Positions 39,301 through 52,824 are shown, counted from the first letter of the whole stretch. The stretch: DNA of 63,607 nt, filler included, from Choristocarpus tenellus KU-1152 (GCA_964200185.2; 11 parts of 11 records of this genome joined end to end with filler, not necessarily neighbours in it), one strand, 5' to 3'. Numbers and translations are program-made. Notes: generated by a model from the letters alone, not told the origin.

Positions 39301-40422
39301 TAACAATGCACTAATAATATGACGCAATCCATGCACATTCCGGCAAGACCCTATTGCGCCAGGAGAGGGGAGGACCACATCAGCGGCCCCCCTAAAGAAC
39401 AGGATTGGTGATACGAGAAGGGGAAAACGCGCCATTCGTGAAGGAACTCGTTTGCAGCAAAGAGCTCAAAAGAAATACAAGAACAACAAACGATGCCAAA
39501 TACCTTCACAAGGTTTGGATATCGGCCAGGAGGTACAGATACCTGCGCAAGCTGATGGTCAAGACATAGAGGTTGAAGAAACCTCTGGACATGAAGACGA
39601 AGCTCACGACCTCCAAGCCCAAACTGGGCGCGATGGTTTGGATGAAGCAGAATTGAAGGCCATGGTCCGTCTTCTAGAGGACGATGACCATGTTTTCAAG
39701 CAGGGCACACTGTGAGAAACATCATACACCTCTCTCATACACCTCTCCCTCAATGATCTTCCTTTTCACTTCAATTTGCACAGGTCCAAAGTAAACGAGA
39801 GGTACCCATTTTTTGACCGTTTTCATTTTAAGGCGCTTTTTTTTTTATCATTTGCAGTTCACCATTATATTTTATATTTGAAATATTTATATTTACTTGA
39901 GAGCATTGATTTTGAATAGGTTTGAAATTTTCGACAGAATTCAAAAAATTCCCCATTTGTACGAAAATATGAACTTTGCACATTTTTGTCAGTGTCCTTC
40001 AAATGCAAATAGTTTTACTTTGACTCACAACTAAGAACTAGATCGAACTACCTTCCCTAATGAAGAGAGTATGTCGCAATATCATCATTTTATAGTTCAG
40101 CCTCCTTTATCCTGTCCTGAAACTACAAATGTGCTCCACTAATTTAGAGTTTGGCGTGCCTACTGCATGACCTCTCTTTACATAATGTGCTGATGAGCAC
40201 ATTTATGGCACATCAACTCAATCACAATACAGCAGGTCTCGTTAGGCAAATTGTATACACTTCTACAAAAGTAAGTATCCCCAAGTACATCTTGATCCAA
40301 GCTGACACTGAAATTTGTCCTCTCAAACTCCAGAGCTTTAGAAGCATCATTACGCCTGAGGGAGGCTGGACTGAAGAAAGACGGGAAGGAGATCGATCCA
40401 ACAGCAGTGGAGGAGGCATCCA
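30308..40422 (+). CDS. Divergent SMC-family protein, central part (coiled coil-hinge-coiled coil); exons ~30308-30465, 31017-31155, 31531-31809, 32803-33280, 33532-33574, 34347-34431, 34999-35248, 35492-35692, ~35913-36075, ~36747-36825, ~37509-37619, 37932-38086, 38450-38640, 39363-39711, 40334-40422
   Basis: Hinge peptide EGVHGLLTDLMEAKEQRFERAIGAAIGAALSRTVVVQTRVDGTKILSSMR...DPLHQPLLDKHLGRWLLADTRDLAW...NVVTVAGELFYSGGEV flanked by long heptad-rich exons; most splice phases join in frame (36075-36747 unresolved); ATPase heads lie off-contig. Confidence 0.82.
39783..40026. mobile_element. MITE family C, degenerate, intronic
   Basis: GGTCCAAAGTAAACGAGAGGTACCC ... TTTACTTTGACTC, flanked by ACA/ACA. 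Confidence 0.6.
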
Positions 40423-40443
40423 GGTGAAACATAGTAAATTGAT

Positions 40444-40700
40444 GAGCCAAATTATATGAGAGGTAACCAGGTTTCACCTAGTTTACATTTTAAGCCATTT
40501 TTTTCAATTTTTGTGATTCACCCGTATTTCTATGGTTGAAGTGAAATTTTTGAGTTTGGACTGTTAATTTCTCTGTTGGTTGAAACGTTTCCACCATATT
40601 CAGAAAGGTTACAGTACGCAATTGTAAATAAAGTCAATTTTTGCGCTTACTTCTCAGCTTTTAATGCAACACTGGGTACCTCTTGTTTACTATTTGACTT
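40444..40700. mobile_element. MITE family C, intronic
   Basis: GAGCCAAA..GAGAGGTAACCAG ... CTGGGTACCTCTTGTTTACTATTTGACTT, flanked by GAT/GAT; internal similarity to 55581-55815 (inverted). Confidence 0.7.
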
Positions 40701-41565
40701 GATGCTGGGTGTCCTATGTTGCACTCAGAGAATACTTCGAAGTATCTAGTATCTTCAAAGTACAGAGAGGGGAGGAGATAGTTAAACTTCTGTGTTGCAC
40801 ATGGGTAATCCTATCTGAATGTCAGCCCTGGATAATACCTACCATTTCAAGGATCACTTCAGATGAGGTATTGGAGTACCTCGCAAACGTTGTCGTTACT
40901 TCTCAGTGGTACTTCGATTGTTGGTATTGCTTTGGGTTTCTATTTGCGAAACAGCAATGTGAAGGGTGGAGCCAAGAAAAGTGTCCGAAAATTAGTGTTG
41001 CTTTTGACCCTCGTTTGCCTTCACAACTTTCGACCCCTTTCCCGAGACACAGAGTCATCGGGTAATTTTCTTGCTATGTGACACATCGAAATATGTTTAA
41101 ATTTCTTGAAAATACGTTTTTAGCATTTAAATGCGTCCTAACGACTTGGATATAAACTGGCAATTTCACCGTAATTTTACCGAGGGATTGGAATAAAATC
41201 ACACTAAGATCCTGCTCAATGATGAAGAACATCATTTCCGTAGTTAAAAGGAAACAATGTACGGATAAACCAGTGTGCTTTTATAGCAAGAAAAATTTAC
41301 GTACTCAGGGTCCCGCCAAAAAATTCTTGACAACAATATGACACTCTGTGTGCTGCTTATATTTTTAGCAGTTATTGTGGTTGTCCGCACTATGGATTGT
41401 CGCGATATTGTAGAACAAGAATGCATCAGGAAATAGAAAATCATTGTTATAATACCTCTACTACGTGGTACGTCAAAGGATATATACGGTCTGGTTTCTT
41501 GAAGTGTGTTGTTTATGGGACAAAATTTCAAGGGGCAGCACTTATTTCTTTCCAGTAGTAGTGCA

Positions 41566-41634
41566 GGCTCAAAGTATCTGGGAGGGGGTGGCGGCTGTCC
41601 ATTTGGGGTCAATTTTTTCATGTCGCGATTTTTG
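41566..41634 (+). mobile_element. MITE family B left end at contig break
   Basis: GGCTCAAAGTATCTGGGAGGGGGTGGCGGCTGTCCATTTGGGGTC. Confidence 0.75.
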
Positions 41635-41734
41635 NNNNNNNNNNNNNNNNNNNNNNNNNNNNNNNNNNNNNNNNNNNNTTAATTAATTAANNNNNNNNNN
41701 NNNNNNNNNNNNNNNNNNNNNNNNNNNNNNNNNN

Positions 41735-41836
41735 CCATCCACCCACCCACCCAACCCCCCAAAACACCTGAAATAAAAAAATTGACCCCAAAAGGCCAGC
41801 TGCCCACCCCCCCCCCCCCCCCAGAAACTTTGAGCC
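41735..41836 (-). mobile_element. MITE family B left end (inverted) at contig break
   Basis: AAATTGACCCCAAAAGGCCAGC...CCCAGAAACTTTGAGCC. Confidence 0.65.
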
Positions 41837-42236
41837 ATAGTTGGTGTCACAGCAGCAGTACGATTTTAAGAACAGAAACCCTTGGCAGATTATTATTATT
41901 TTGCATGGAATTGATTTTATTTTTTTGTGGCGAATGCATTGCATTATAGCATCGGTGTACATAGACTATTTTGTGGTTTTATTTGTTGGGAAGTGGGAGA
42001 TTGATGGATAAGTCGGTGGCCTGAAAATGATACATCTGGCAAGATATGATGCACCAAAATAGATTTGCTTATCCTTACACAAGCGCTGGCGCATTCCCTA
42101 TCAAACTGTCTCTATTGACTGATGCATACATTAGTAGCAATCTGTCACTGTAACTATTGGGCTCTTGGAAATGGTTGTGTTCTAGGTTGGCTATGCAGTC
42201 AGTTTGTTCTTGGTGTCCGGTGGTAAGTGCGTGTGT

Positions 42237-42428
42237 TTCTGTGTATACACTGATGTATAATATATAATTTCTGTGTATACACTGATGTATAATATATAAT
42301 ATCTGTGTATACACTGGTGTATAATATATAATTTCTGTGTATACACTGATGTATAATATATAATTTCTGTGTATACACTGGTGTATAATATATAATTTTT
42401 GTGTGTACACTGATGTATAATATATAAT
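42237..42428. repeat. Tandem repeat, 6 x 32 bp
   Basis: Unit TTCTGTGTATACACTGATGTATAATATATAAT, near-identical copies, no spacers. Confidence 0.92.
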
Positions 42429-42874
42429 TTTTGTCTGGAGTGTTGCACTGTTGTGGAGTGATACACAGAGCAGTAGTGACACAATCATGACTACTGCAAT
42501 GTACTCTGTATTCTTGACTGTTTATTTCACTTTCTACTTTGTTTTATCATATGATTATAAAAATAATATTAATAGTAATGATAATAATTTTGGTAAGAGA
42601 CAGTACAGCACTGGAGTGACACAACAAGAATGAGTACTTCCGACACTGGTAAAATAATAATAATAATAATAATAATGTGAGCCAAAAACTGGAATAGATA
42701 CCTTTGCCTCTATTTCCAGAGAATTTGATGTATTGATGTGATAACAAGTCGTGGAGATTGGTGCTGTTGTGATAGAACAATTACTGCTTGATCTTTTGCT
42801 TCAACAAGAGTTTTTTTTATCGTGGCTATCTAGTCAGTATTCAATTTCGTTTTTCTTTTTTCGCTTGATCTTTT

Positions 42875-43052
42875 ACTTCAACATCTATACTTCAACATGT
42901 ATATTTCAACATCTATACTTCAAACTGTATACTTCAACATCTATACTTCAACAACTATACTTCAACATGCCTATTTCAGCATGTATACTTCAAATGTATA
43001 CTTCATGTATATTTCAACATGACTATTTCAACATGTATACTTCAACATGTAC
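42875..43052. repeat. Tandem repeat, ~12 x 14 bp
   Basis: Unit TATACTTCAACAT(C/G). Confidence 0.85.
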
Positions 43053-44764
43053 TAACTGATTATGGGAATACATCCGTATTTTTCTTGCTTTGATATGTAT
43101 AGTGTGATATTACGATATAGTATTCTTACCTTGATATGCTTTTGATATTGATATTGATGTGTGAACTCTGCTGTCAGCTGATTGGACAATACGAAACGAA
43201 GGAGTGTGACTTGTCTTTTGGTAATGGCTTGGTCAATGCATGGAGAGCAACAGGAACCACCTGCTGTACAGGGGGTTTGCTTGGGGGAGATGGTGGAGAT
43301 GATGGAGGGGGGGGTTCTTCCTCTATCCGATGTCACCTAATGCATCAGGTGGGTGGAAGGGGGAATAAAATGAACCACAATTCATTTGAGTGATGGCAGG
43401 ATATTGTAATAATATGACCATTTTGGGATGGTGAAATCTGTTGTATGGGTTAATTCATAGTGTTGGCCGATTTTTTTTTTTTGAGAGCATTCTGTTGTTT
43501 ACTTTTATTTTTGGGGTATTTCATACTGTGTGCCTCCCTCAGTGTTGGCATTAGTTTTGGTTTGGTACATGTTTTATTATTCTATTTTGGTGTATGTCTA
43601 CAGAGGTACTACTGTGTAGGAGAGTTTGCTCCCATATTATAGTATGGTGTTGTTCACATGTGCTGAACGAACTGGTTTAGGAAAGTAGTATACATACATG
43701 TGTTGATGTTAACGGTAATATTTGTAACAGGTCCTTGAGGTTGTCTTTACGTCTGTATGTTTGTGCATCACCTACTCGACGACGTCCAATATTATGTTTA
43801 TTTTTGTTGCTTTTTATTATTATTTACTCTTGGTCAGGACAACCATGCGGGTCATGGGGACAACCTCGTGCACATGAAGAATGTTCAACTTGACTTTTCA
43901 GTTTACAGCAACCCTCAAACCATGGCAGGCGTGATGCGGAGGTATGATTAGTGCTTGTGGTTCATTTGTACATGAGAATTTGCAGAGGTATTAGTGTTTG
44001 TGGTTCACTTGCACATGAGATTTATCATGTATCTGTGTGTACACATAGAGTGCTTGTGCTATGCTATTGGAGCTCTTTGTTCAAAGGTATGTGGAGATGT
44101 TATTTTTTTTCTCATCTGTGTACCTACCTTCTTTTTAGTTTACGATAATTTTTTTTATTTTTTTTAAATTAATTTCTACACGATTTGGGCGTAGTAGACA
44201 GGGCACACTCCGTAGATGCTTGATGTTATTTTATTTTTTAGAGTGGACTTTTATTTTTTGTGGGTCTTGTGGAGGCGTACAGGTGTGTGTTGGTGTTAAA
44301 TATGAGAAGGTTAGATACTGTGCTGTCTTAAGTTGTAATGAAAAAGATGAAAGAACAAACATGTTCTTGATTATTTCTCACAGCCTAGACAGGTTTGTGT
44401 GTATTGGGGTCTATTAGTTTGGAGGAATGGGGCAATCAACGTTTGTGTGTGTTATGTGGGTGGGGTGGGTGTTACGTGTGTGTGCATTGTGGTCCTCTGT
44501 GTGCTCTAATGGTGAAAAAAAGGTTGTACATAAATACAGTATCACTTCATAGATTGAATGGGGGATGTTTTTGTCTTTGGCGGTGAGTTGGAGATGCCAT
44601 CATGCCAGGTGGTGATACAGACAGAATTTGGTTTATTGCAGCAGCTGGTTCGCTAGGATTAGGGTTAGCATTTCTATGTATGATCTCTATGTAAGATGGC
44701 TGGTTGTCTGTGAGAGGTATTTTTAATCTGGGGCAGCCTTTAATGATGTAGTAACAGTGACTAT

Positions 44765-44813
44765 GACCCAAAGTATCTGGGAGGGGGGGGGGGGTCTACA
44801 CCAGGGTGTCCAT
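44765..44813 (-). mobile_element. MITE family B right end (inverted) at contig break
   Basis: GACCCAAAGTATCTGGGAGGG...GTCTACACCAGGGTGTCCAT. Confidence 0.72.
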
Positions 44814-44913
44814 NNNNNNNNNNNNNNNNNNNNNNNNNNNNNNNNNNNNNNNNNNNNTTAATTAATTAANNNNNNNNNNNNNNNNNNNNNNNNNNNNNNN
44901 NNNNNNNNNNNNN

Positions 44914-45973
44914 GCGGGGGCAGGGGGCAAGCAGAGTTCAGGTGGGAGAGCAAGATGATGAGTTCAATCTAGATGAGGATGACCACCGGCAGGACAGACA
45001 CAAGGGAAGGGATAAGGCCAGAAGGGGCAAACAAGTTGGAAAGAAGGCAAAGAAGGAGGGTCGATGGTGAGATGTCATTATTGTGTTGTAATGGTCAAAG
45101 GAGCATACATCTGAAATATTTTGTAATAACAATAACAAAGGACAAGTCAACTTGGAAGGTAGCTTTCCTTACCTTTCATCGACAGGTGACTTTGGAAACT
45201 GGCAATGCATTTGCTTTTTGTTCAATGTGTTTTTGGGGGGGTAGATGAAATTCTTATTGTATTGTATTGTATTGTATTGTATTATATTATATTTGAGTTG
45301 TGTGGATATTGAGTGGGGGGGGTGGGGGGGTATTGCTCATGTATTGTATTATATTATATTTGAGTTGTGTGGATATTGAGTGGGGGGGGTGGGGGGGTAT
45401 TGCTCATGGTCAGCACAGCAACCTTCGGATCGTTCAAGATGTTTGTTCAACATATTTGGTCATTGCACATCTCAAGAGATTGATCGATAGTTCCTTCTGC
45501 TTCATGTCCCATGTGTCGGTCAAATTCCATGTTGTTTCAATGTGTTCCGGAACTTAAAATTATCCTCGGCCCAGAGTGGTATATCATTTAGTCTAACAAT
45601 CTATCACAACCGTATTATTGCAATTTGGACATGTGCTGCGGCAGATGGGCGTATGTTTGGCAAAGAGAAAAAAAGTTCCGCCTCACCCCAAAACTGAAGT
45701 CTGCGCCTGCCCAAATAGTTCCAGTGCTTGTTTTATTTCACTGCGAAATATTTGATTGGACTTGACCTCTTTGACCCCGCAAACGTTTACCCACCATAAT
45801 ATTTGAAATGGTGTATTGGGGTTTGCTTCATCTTCGATGATCCTAGCATTGCCCTTATCCCCTGAGCGAATCAAGTCTATTAGAAATGTACTATTGTAGT
45901 GGCCTCTTTTTCATTGGATTTGTGAAAAAAAAAAAAAACTATTTTGGTCTTTGTTTTGATTTTTTTTTTTATT

Positions 45974-46014
<41 letters not shown>

Positions 46015-49000
46015 CTTTTTTTTTTGTNNNNNNNNNNGGAAGAAATAAAGTATATTAAAAATAAAAAATTGAAGTGACCTTTTTTAAATTAAATTTAAAA
46101 AAAAAAAAAAAAAAACTATTTTGGTCTTTGTTGCGATTTTTACGTTATTCTACTTTATTTATTTGGGTATTTTTTTCAAGATGAGTTGTATCTTTATTTA
46201 GTGTTTCTCTCATCCTCTTTGAAAGACCCGTAGTTAACTTTTTTCGAGCCATGGTTTGTACAGTGAACTACAATACATTCAGTTTTCTATCATTCTACAA
46301 TGATGCACAACTTTGAACTCATCTTCATTGGGGGTTTTGCTGCAAAATCTTTGTTCTTTTTTTTTATAGGCGGCAGCAAAAGTTCAAGAGTTTGCACCAG
46401 GTCCTCTACGAAGTGGTGAGTGCTGCTGTTTTCAATGTGTCGTTTTAGACGTATATGCACAGTTAAGCAGTATGTGCTCACTTCATGGTATGAATGTCTT
46501 TCGTGTGGGTCACGGTATAGTGTGTGCCATGTCTGTCTTCATTCAATCTTGCTGTTTAGTGCCCATGCCTTGTCCTATTCATCACAAAGCACTTAACACA
46601 CTAGGCCAACAAGTGATCTCATTGTTGGGTGTGTTTTGATCATTGAGCACACAAAAGCAGCTTCCACAGTCTAAAATGGTATGATCGTGATTTTGGCTTC
46701 GCTGCGGCTGTGCATACCTCTCATGGCTTAGACCTCTCAGACTATGTCGCCCTGCAGGCGGTGGTAAGACTAGGCTGGGCTTGGCTACAAAAGGGAGTCG
46801 CTGCATTTATGCATCTTTTTCTTTGGGAGGAGAAAAGTCGTAGAACTTTTGCCACATCACCAACTACTATGCTGTCTTGATAGTTACGTACCCACGACAT
46901 CCTTGAGTGGTGTGTTTCGAAGTATAAGTGGTGTATAAGTTGCTCTGCAACACACACACCAATAGCCCTCACTACGGTGATAGCAAGGTATAATTCATTC
47001 TTCTAATAGTGCACATCCAATGCTGGGGAAAAAATGGATAGAAGAAGTCCAGAATGAATCTGTTTAATTTTTGTACGCTTCTTCCGTGGTGAGCTAGCTC
47101 AATGTGCAATTAAGATGGTGCTAGACAAAGCAAAAGGCCGAGCATACCTCTATGTGACAGTTGGTACGTCAAAGGATGGACTACTTGCTGGAAAATTCTG
47201 AAGAGATTTCCAGCAATGACAAGAAAACACACTTTTGTTATCCTATCGATGGCTTGATTGAATCTGTGAATGTGGGTGGCAATGATAGTCACCGAGCATG
47301 GTGTGGGGTTTGGTGACAAGGACAGGAAGGAGGAAACCACAAGGAAAAAGAGAGTGAGGATATTCCAACTCTCTTAGTCTGAACAAACCTTACAAGACGG
47401 ATGTTCACGCTACCCGACCAAGATGTACTGGACTTGTCCGAACAGAACATGAAACAGATCCACATCAAACCTGACGCTTGAATTTGAACAACAGACAAAA
47501 CATTACCCCAACCATTGAGGATCACAGAAGAGGGTCTCAGCAGATCACTCAAGACGGATTCAAACAAAGAATCAACGGAGATTCTGATGAAACCCTGGAT
47601 ATCTGATTGATGACCAGCAAACTGAATCTACAATCAGTGAACCATAATGACCCCCCTCGGCAAGCATTTCCGCCTAATATGTACGCTGGAGGTGGTCCCT
47701 AAGATCTGCTCTCCACATCACCCTCTTCCAGGATTCGACAACGACAAAGCTGACCTAGCATTGTGAGGACAGGGCAGAAGGACAAAATTATCTCTGAAAG
47801 AAGTGGGTAACCGACCTGACTCTGCATGATAGGGCATGAGTCCATTACTCAACATTGAAAGCTTGTGCCGGTCATGACTCCATCATTAACTGGCCAACTG
47901 ACAACATCCTTGCCACACGGGTTATTCCTGTATGATCTCAACAGAACTGGGGGAACTACCAATAGAACAAACTTCAGAGAATTCCTACGTGAGTTCTTTC
48001 TTTTGTGGAATCCACTCACACGGTAGAACAGGAAACTATGTTAACTTGAGCAGCTAGTTGGTGGAGCACAATTTCGCGATACCCTCAAATCCTCTCTAGA
48101 AAGGACAAAATGGATTAATGAATGAGGTGAAGAACATCTTCACTGGTCGAGCAGGCAAACTATCAAGCTCTCTCAATTCATGGAACAAAGACCCCACAAA
48201 AGGAACCCTTGAGAGAGGACAAAAAAGGTCATGCTTACATTCTGTGACCCACACTGTGATGATCTAAGCACAAACCAGGCTTGATGACTCCCGTAACACC
48301 AGTCTGCTGTCCACTATGCAGCTGACGGTAATTATACCTACGATTCCCACAACCATGGCAACATGAGGTCTTCAATACAACCAACAACACAATTCTGAGG
48401 AAGACAAGTGCAACATGTCCTGGGTGCAACCAAGGTCAAGGTTGAGGATCTCATCAGCTGTGTATTTGGGCAACTAGATCAGGTCCATATGCTCCCAATG
48501 TTTTACAATCATATCACCACACTGTGGTTCTTCTTTGGCTCTCTTCCACATCTCACTTTTAGAGGTGAAACTGCAAGAGCCTTTTCCAATAGATGATGTT
48601 AGTGGAGGAATAGACCTGGTTCCCTTCTTATTATGTGATACCAAACCCTCGACAGAGTAGACCCTTCTCACAGTGCCTAAAGAATTGGATCTGTGGGCAT
48701 TCGTCCTGACAAGAAACGGTTTTGCAACCTGCTTCCTACCACTAGAAATGAACAGTGGTAAGGTATCATTCAAGGTCTATTGGGGTGCATGGGCATAAGG
48801 ACTTCCCTTCATCTGACCAACACATAGAAAGCATAGGCAATGAGAGGTGCAGGAACCATACTCTAATCAAAGTGACCAGACGGACGGAGGTGGGAGCATG
48901 GCCTGCGCTCCATTTGTGTTGACATGTTCACATCTGCGACCACAATGAGCATGTTGCTGGCAAATATGCACACTCTTCTTTCGTGGGTGTCCCTTGCATC

Positions 49001-49776
49001 CATATCACATCATTGCTGCACCTCACATTGCAATCATATCTTTGCACTTGTCCAGAAAATTACTGTCACTGAGACCATCATGTTCCGGAAATCTTGTTGG
49101 GCGATAGTTATGTTGAGGAGCTCTCTATCTCACTTGCAACAATCACCCTCTAGTTGGGTACTGCAGGCCTGTCATACCCCGAGTTTTGTAACTTGCAAGG
49201 GGAGTAGTACTGGGGAGGGAAAGAGGATGGGAATCTCTGTCTGTTAGCAATCGCGGTGGGCCTGGGTAAACCTGTGGGGGCTGTGCTGGGGGAAACGATC
49301 TGCCAATTGTTATCAAGCACTCCCTATTATTTAGTTGACAGTGCAGATATGTGTTGATCAGAACTATCTCTATTATTATTGTTACTATTATTATTTATTT
49401 GGGGTGTTTTATCTGAGTCACCACCCCTGATGAATTTACCCCTTGTTTATAATGTTTCATTTCCCTCATCCGAAATATAAAAATACAAACATGTTACTCA
49501 CTGCCCTTTTTTTTACGCTTTTGACACATTTATTTATGGGTCGGAATTGTAACGGACTCATTTACTACTGTACAGACTGGGACCTTGTCCTCCTACCCTG
49601 GAGGGGCGACTGCAGTGAGCATTGAAGCCCCAGAGTCCAAACTTCCACCCCGCCAGTTCTGCTCTGTGTGTGGATACTTAGGTCTCTATGCTTGTACAAG
49701 ATGTGGCTCAAGATTTTGCACTATCCGCTGTATGGATCAGCACAAGGAAACAAGATGCCTCAAGTTCTCTGTCTGA
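44914..49776 (+). CDS. SWC6: SWR1 complex subunit 6 / zinc-finger HIT protein 1 (Vps71), 3' part; exons ~44942-45066, 46370-46415, 49576-49776
   Basis: Spliced in phase: VGEQDDEFNLDEDD...KKAKKEGRW/RQQKFKSLHQVLYEV/TGTL...SKLPPRQFCSVCGYLGLYACTRCGSRFCTIRCMDQHKETRCLKFSV*; complete zf-HIT with HxETRCLK end. Confidence 0.92.
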
Positions 49777-51382
49777 TGCACCAAGCAGCACATATGAGGC
49801 AGAAACACACGCCACAGGATTTTGCTCCTTTAGAGTTAGGGGGTACGTTTGCTTCAGTTGTTGCGAGGTTGGAGATAGGTAAAGAGCTGATCATCAATTG
49901 AATGTCCCCATTTGTGTGTGTGTATGTGGGTGCGCGCGCGCGCGCCTGTGTGTGTTTGCGATATGAGTGTACACTTTTTTTTTAAGAGTGCATGATAGAA
50001 TTATTGTGTTTTTGTGGAAATCAGGTTTATATTGTGATGCTTGTATGATTTATTTATTTATTACTTTACTTCTAGGGATTCTTTTTATTATTTATTACTA
50101 ATATGTTATCTCTTTTAAAAGGTGAAATCTTAATATCTTTCCTTGTTATGTAATTAAGTTTGCAACAATCATCCTGTCTACTGGATCAGATTGTATGCAG
50201 GCAAGTTTCCCTTCGGAAATGCTCTTTGTTTTTTCTCCTTGCTTATTGTGCTACTTGACAGAAACAATGCCATAGTTTTTGGTATTATGAATGGAAAGGC
50301 CATGGCTTGAGTACGAATGGAGGCGGCTCAAAAAACTCTCCACATCCTTGATGAGAATTGAAACATTCACAATATGTGCAATGAAAGCACCAAACGGCAT
50401 GAGACCAACCCCACATCAAAGGTCTTGCACACAGAGCTGCAAATATGTACGCACAAAGGGCTAAGCCAGTTGAGAGGTAGGCAAGCTCGAACCCTTTTTT
50501 ATTCTAAGCCATCTTTCTTACCCTGTGCAATACACTCTATTTCATTGCTTTGTGTGCGCAACAATGTCCTCAAAATTGATGTTCCCCCTTTCCACACACA
50601 AAATGATACCACAGTTCAGCAAAGGCATTTTCTTCAGTTGCACTAAAATGGAGTCTTTCACGGATACTTAAAATGCAACCTTACCTATCTCTCAATTAGT
50701 TTGGCTGAAAAAGCAACCAATCAGATCGAATCACTAATTTTCTATACCAATTTATCTTCAATGTTCATTTGCTCCTATTTTTGAAACTGTCATGTACCAC
50801 CATTGTCCTCGAGAGGTCAGAATGAAATATTTTTTGTAGCAGAATACGAATAGGGCAGTAGTAGTCGTGGAAGCCTTGCTTTGCTTCACGCTATGAATGA
50901 ATAGAAGTACGCACTATGTATTAGTGGGATCTATATGCATACACTTGACTCTATGTACGGGATTCACTTTGCACATTGTAGCTACACCGAATGGCTGTAC
51001 TGAGAAAAAACAAAAAAGTGAGAGTACTGATACTACTTTTTGGTGAATGGCGTATGGTGAATTAAGTTATTTGTTGTGGACACACTGACATCAGAGGAGA
51101 AATGGTGGTAACTGACAATGATAAAAGTTGGTGGGGGTTGCAGAAGGACAGTGCGAGAGAGTATCATCTTCTGCTCTCTGTGTGTGTATGTGTAAACCTG
51201 TGTTGAGGATATGTAGTGAGTGTTGTGTCACACGTACCTCCGGCTGCCCATTTTGTGATGTATGTAGTGCGAAGGAGGGGAACGGTGGTTTTTCCGTGTT
51301 GGACAATCTGCATGTGATATTCTTCTTCAACTGTGTACTTCATAGTAGGAAAGGTGTTGAGTACCTGCCAGTTTCATACCTA

Positions 51383-51638
51383 GAGTAAAGTAGACCAGAG
51401 GTACCTGGGGTTGCATTTGAAGGATGCTGACAAATACAAAATAATCCGTCTTTTGTGCAAATGCGTGTAGGAACGTTTCTGAATTATGTCGAGAAACTTC
51501 AAATATTGGAGAAATCCTCACTCTCGGGTGAATCTTACCACTTCATCCATAGAAAAAAATGTTTATTGCAAAAGATGAAAAAACTGACTTAAAAGGCAAC
51601 AAGGTCAAAACCTGGGTACCTCTCTTTTGGCTTGACTC
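51383..51638. mobile_element. MITE family C
   Basis: GAGTAAAGTAGACCAGAGGTACC ... GGGTACCTCTCTTTTGGCTTGACTC; internal CACTTCATCCATAGAAA shared with the 55581 copy. Confidence 0.7.
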
Positions 51639-52824
51639 TTCAATATGCTTGTATATGTGCATTTTTTCTACTATCAAGCTCCATGTACGATGCCGTATGT
51701 GTAGGCAGGTAGGTATCAAATAATACTACGCGAGTGGTGACACACAAAACTTGACCTTCAAACTTATCTCATCGTGTCACAATTTGAACATATATACGTG
51801 CAAGGTCAAATTGCCTTGAATAGGTACCCTTTGTTACTGCCTTCTCACTCAGCAATACAATCAAGTGAGAGTGGAATTTCAACAAACTGAACTGTCTTCC
51901 ACTCATGTATCTGACCCTTCTGAATCAACATCAATAATGCTTGAGTAAAGATAGTACGACAAACCTTTTTTTCAGAGAAAAAAAAAAATTAACATGGAAT
52001 AATCCAGTGGGAATACAAGGTCAACATCTACCATGTTCCCAAGGACAGACCACACCTACCTATGGTTCTTCAATAACTATAATTCATGTCTGCGTGGCTG
52101 GCTGTTGGTCTTACAATAGGAGTAGATAAAACCTAGGAAAATTACTTCAATAATAATAATTAGCAATGTACAGAATCCATTTTTGGTATGTCCGTTTTGT
52201 TCTCTTGGATGTTGCCTCTTTCTCCCCTTCGACAACATTTATCATGTGCAAAATGTCAGTTAGTTGTGAACATGAACAATAAAGTATGGCACAATAACAA
52301 TGAAGATATCAGTAGCTATTACCCCTACATGCTGGATATTTGCAACTATCTCCATCGTTCCTCTGCCCTTCACCTACACCCTTCCTCTCCAGGTACATAT
52401 TCAAAAGAGATCGGACAAAAAACAAAAATATTTTCCTTCTCGGCAAGGTTCTACCAGTTGAAGATTGTCAACAAAATCACGCAGATCACCGCGGTCAGAT
52501 ATAGGTCCCTACAATGAGAGTACCCAGCCAGCCAGCTGCCCAAGGGGACAGCAACTTTGATGGGACTCACTATGGTTGCGCGTCTGGAAAAGCGCGCGCG
52601 CAAAAAAAACACAATGGGTGCTCGCACCCTCCCCCAAAAAAGTGCTTTCCTTGTTGTGAGATGTAAGGTCTCCTTCGCCGCTCACAAAAATTAAAAAATA
52701 GTGACTTTTGACAAGATGAGATACATAGTGCAAGAGGAGGTGCAAAGATGCAAGATCTAAACCGATAATAGGACACTGCTTTACTGGGATTACACTGGAA
52801 TTTTGTCCTGCACTTACTATTAAC

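Noticed and set aside
42237-42428. CRISPR-like array (32-bp repeats)
   Set aside because: Units are contiguous with no unique spacers and there are no cas genes
45640-45874. hAT dimerisation-domain remnant (WW...ALELFGQAQTS...AELFF) on the minus strand
   Set aside because: Similarity is too weak and fragmentary to call by eye
45925-46135. Duplicated sequence and homopolymers around the N10 gap (also 56590-56770 and the poly-G blocks at 24078, 29764, 59758)
   Set aside because: Looks like low-quality read ends; the poly-Gly/Pro/Phe ORFs there are artefacts
47100-49300. Decayed Gypsy-like gag/pol in the SWC6 intron; similarly 14700-15600
   Set aside because: Only vague Cys/His or ANFYR-like fragments; no continuous motif or LTR pair seen
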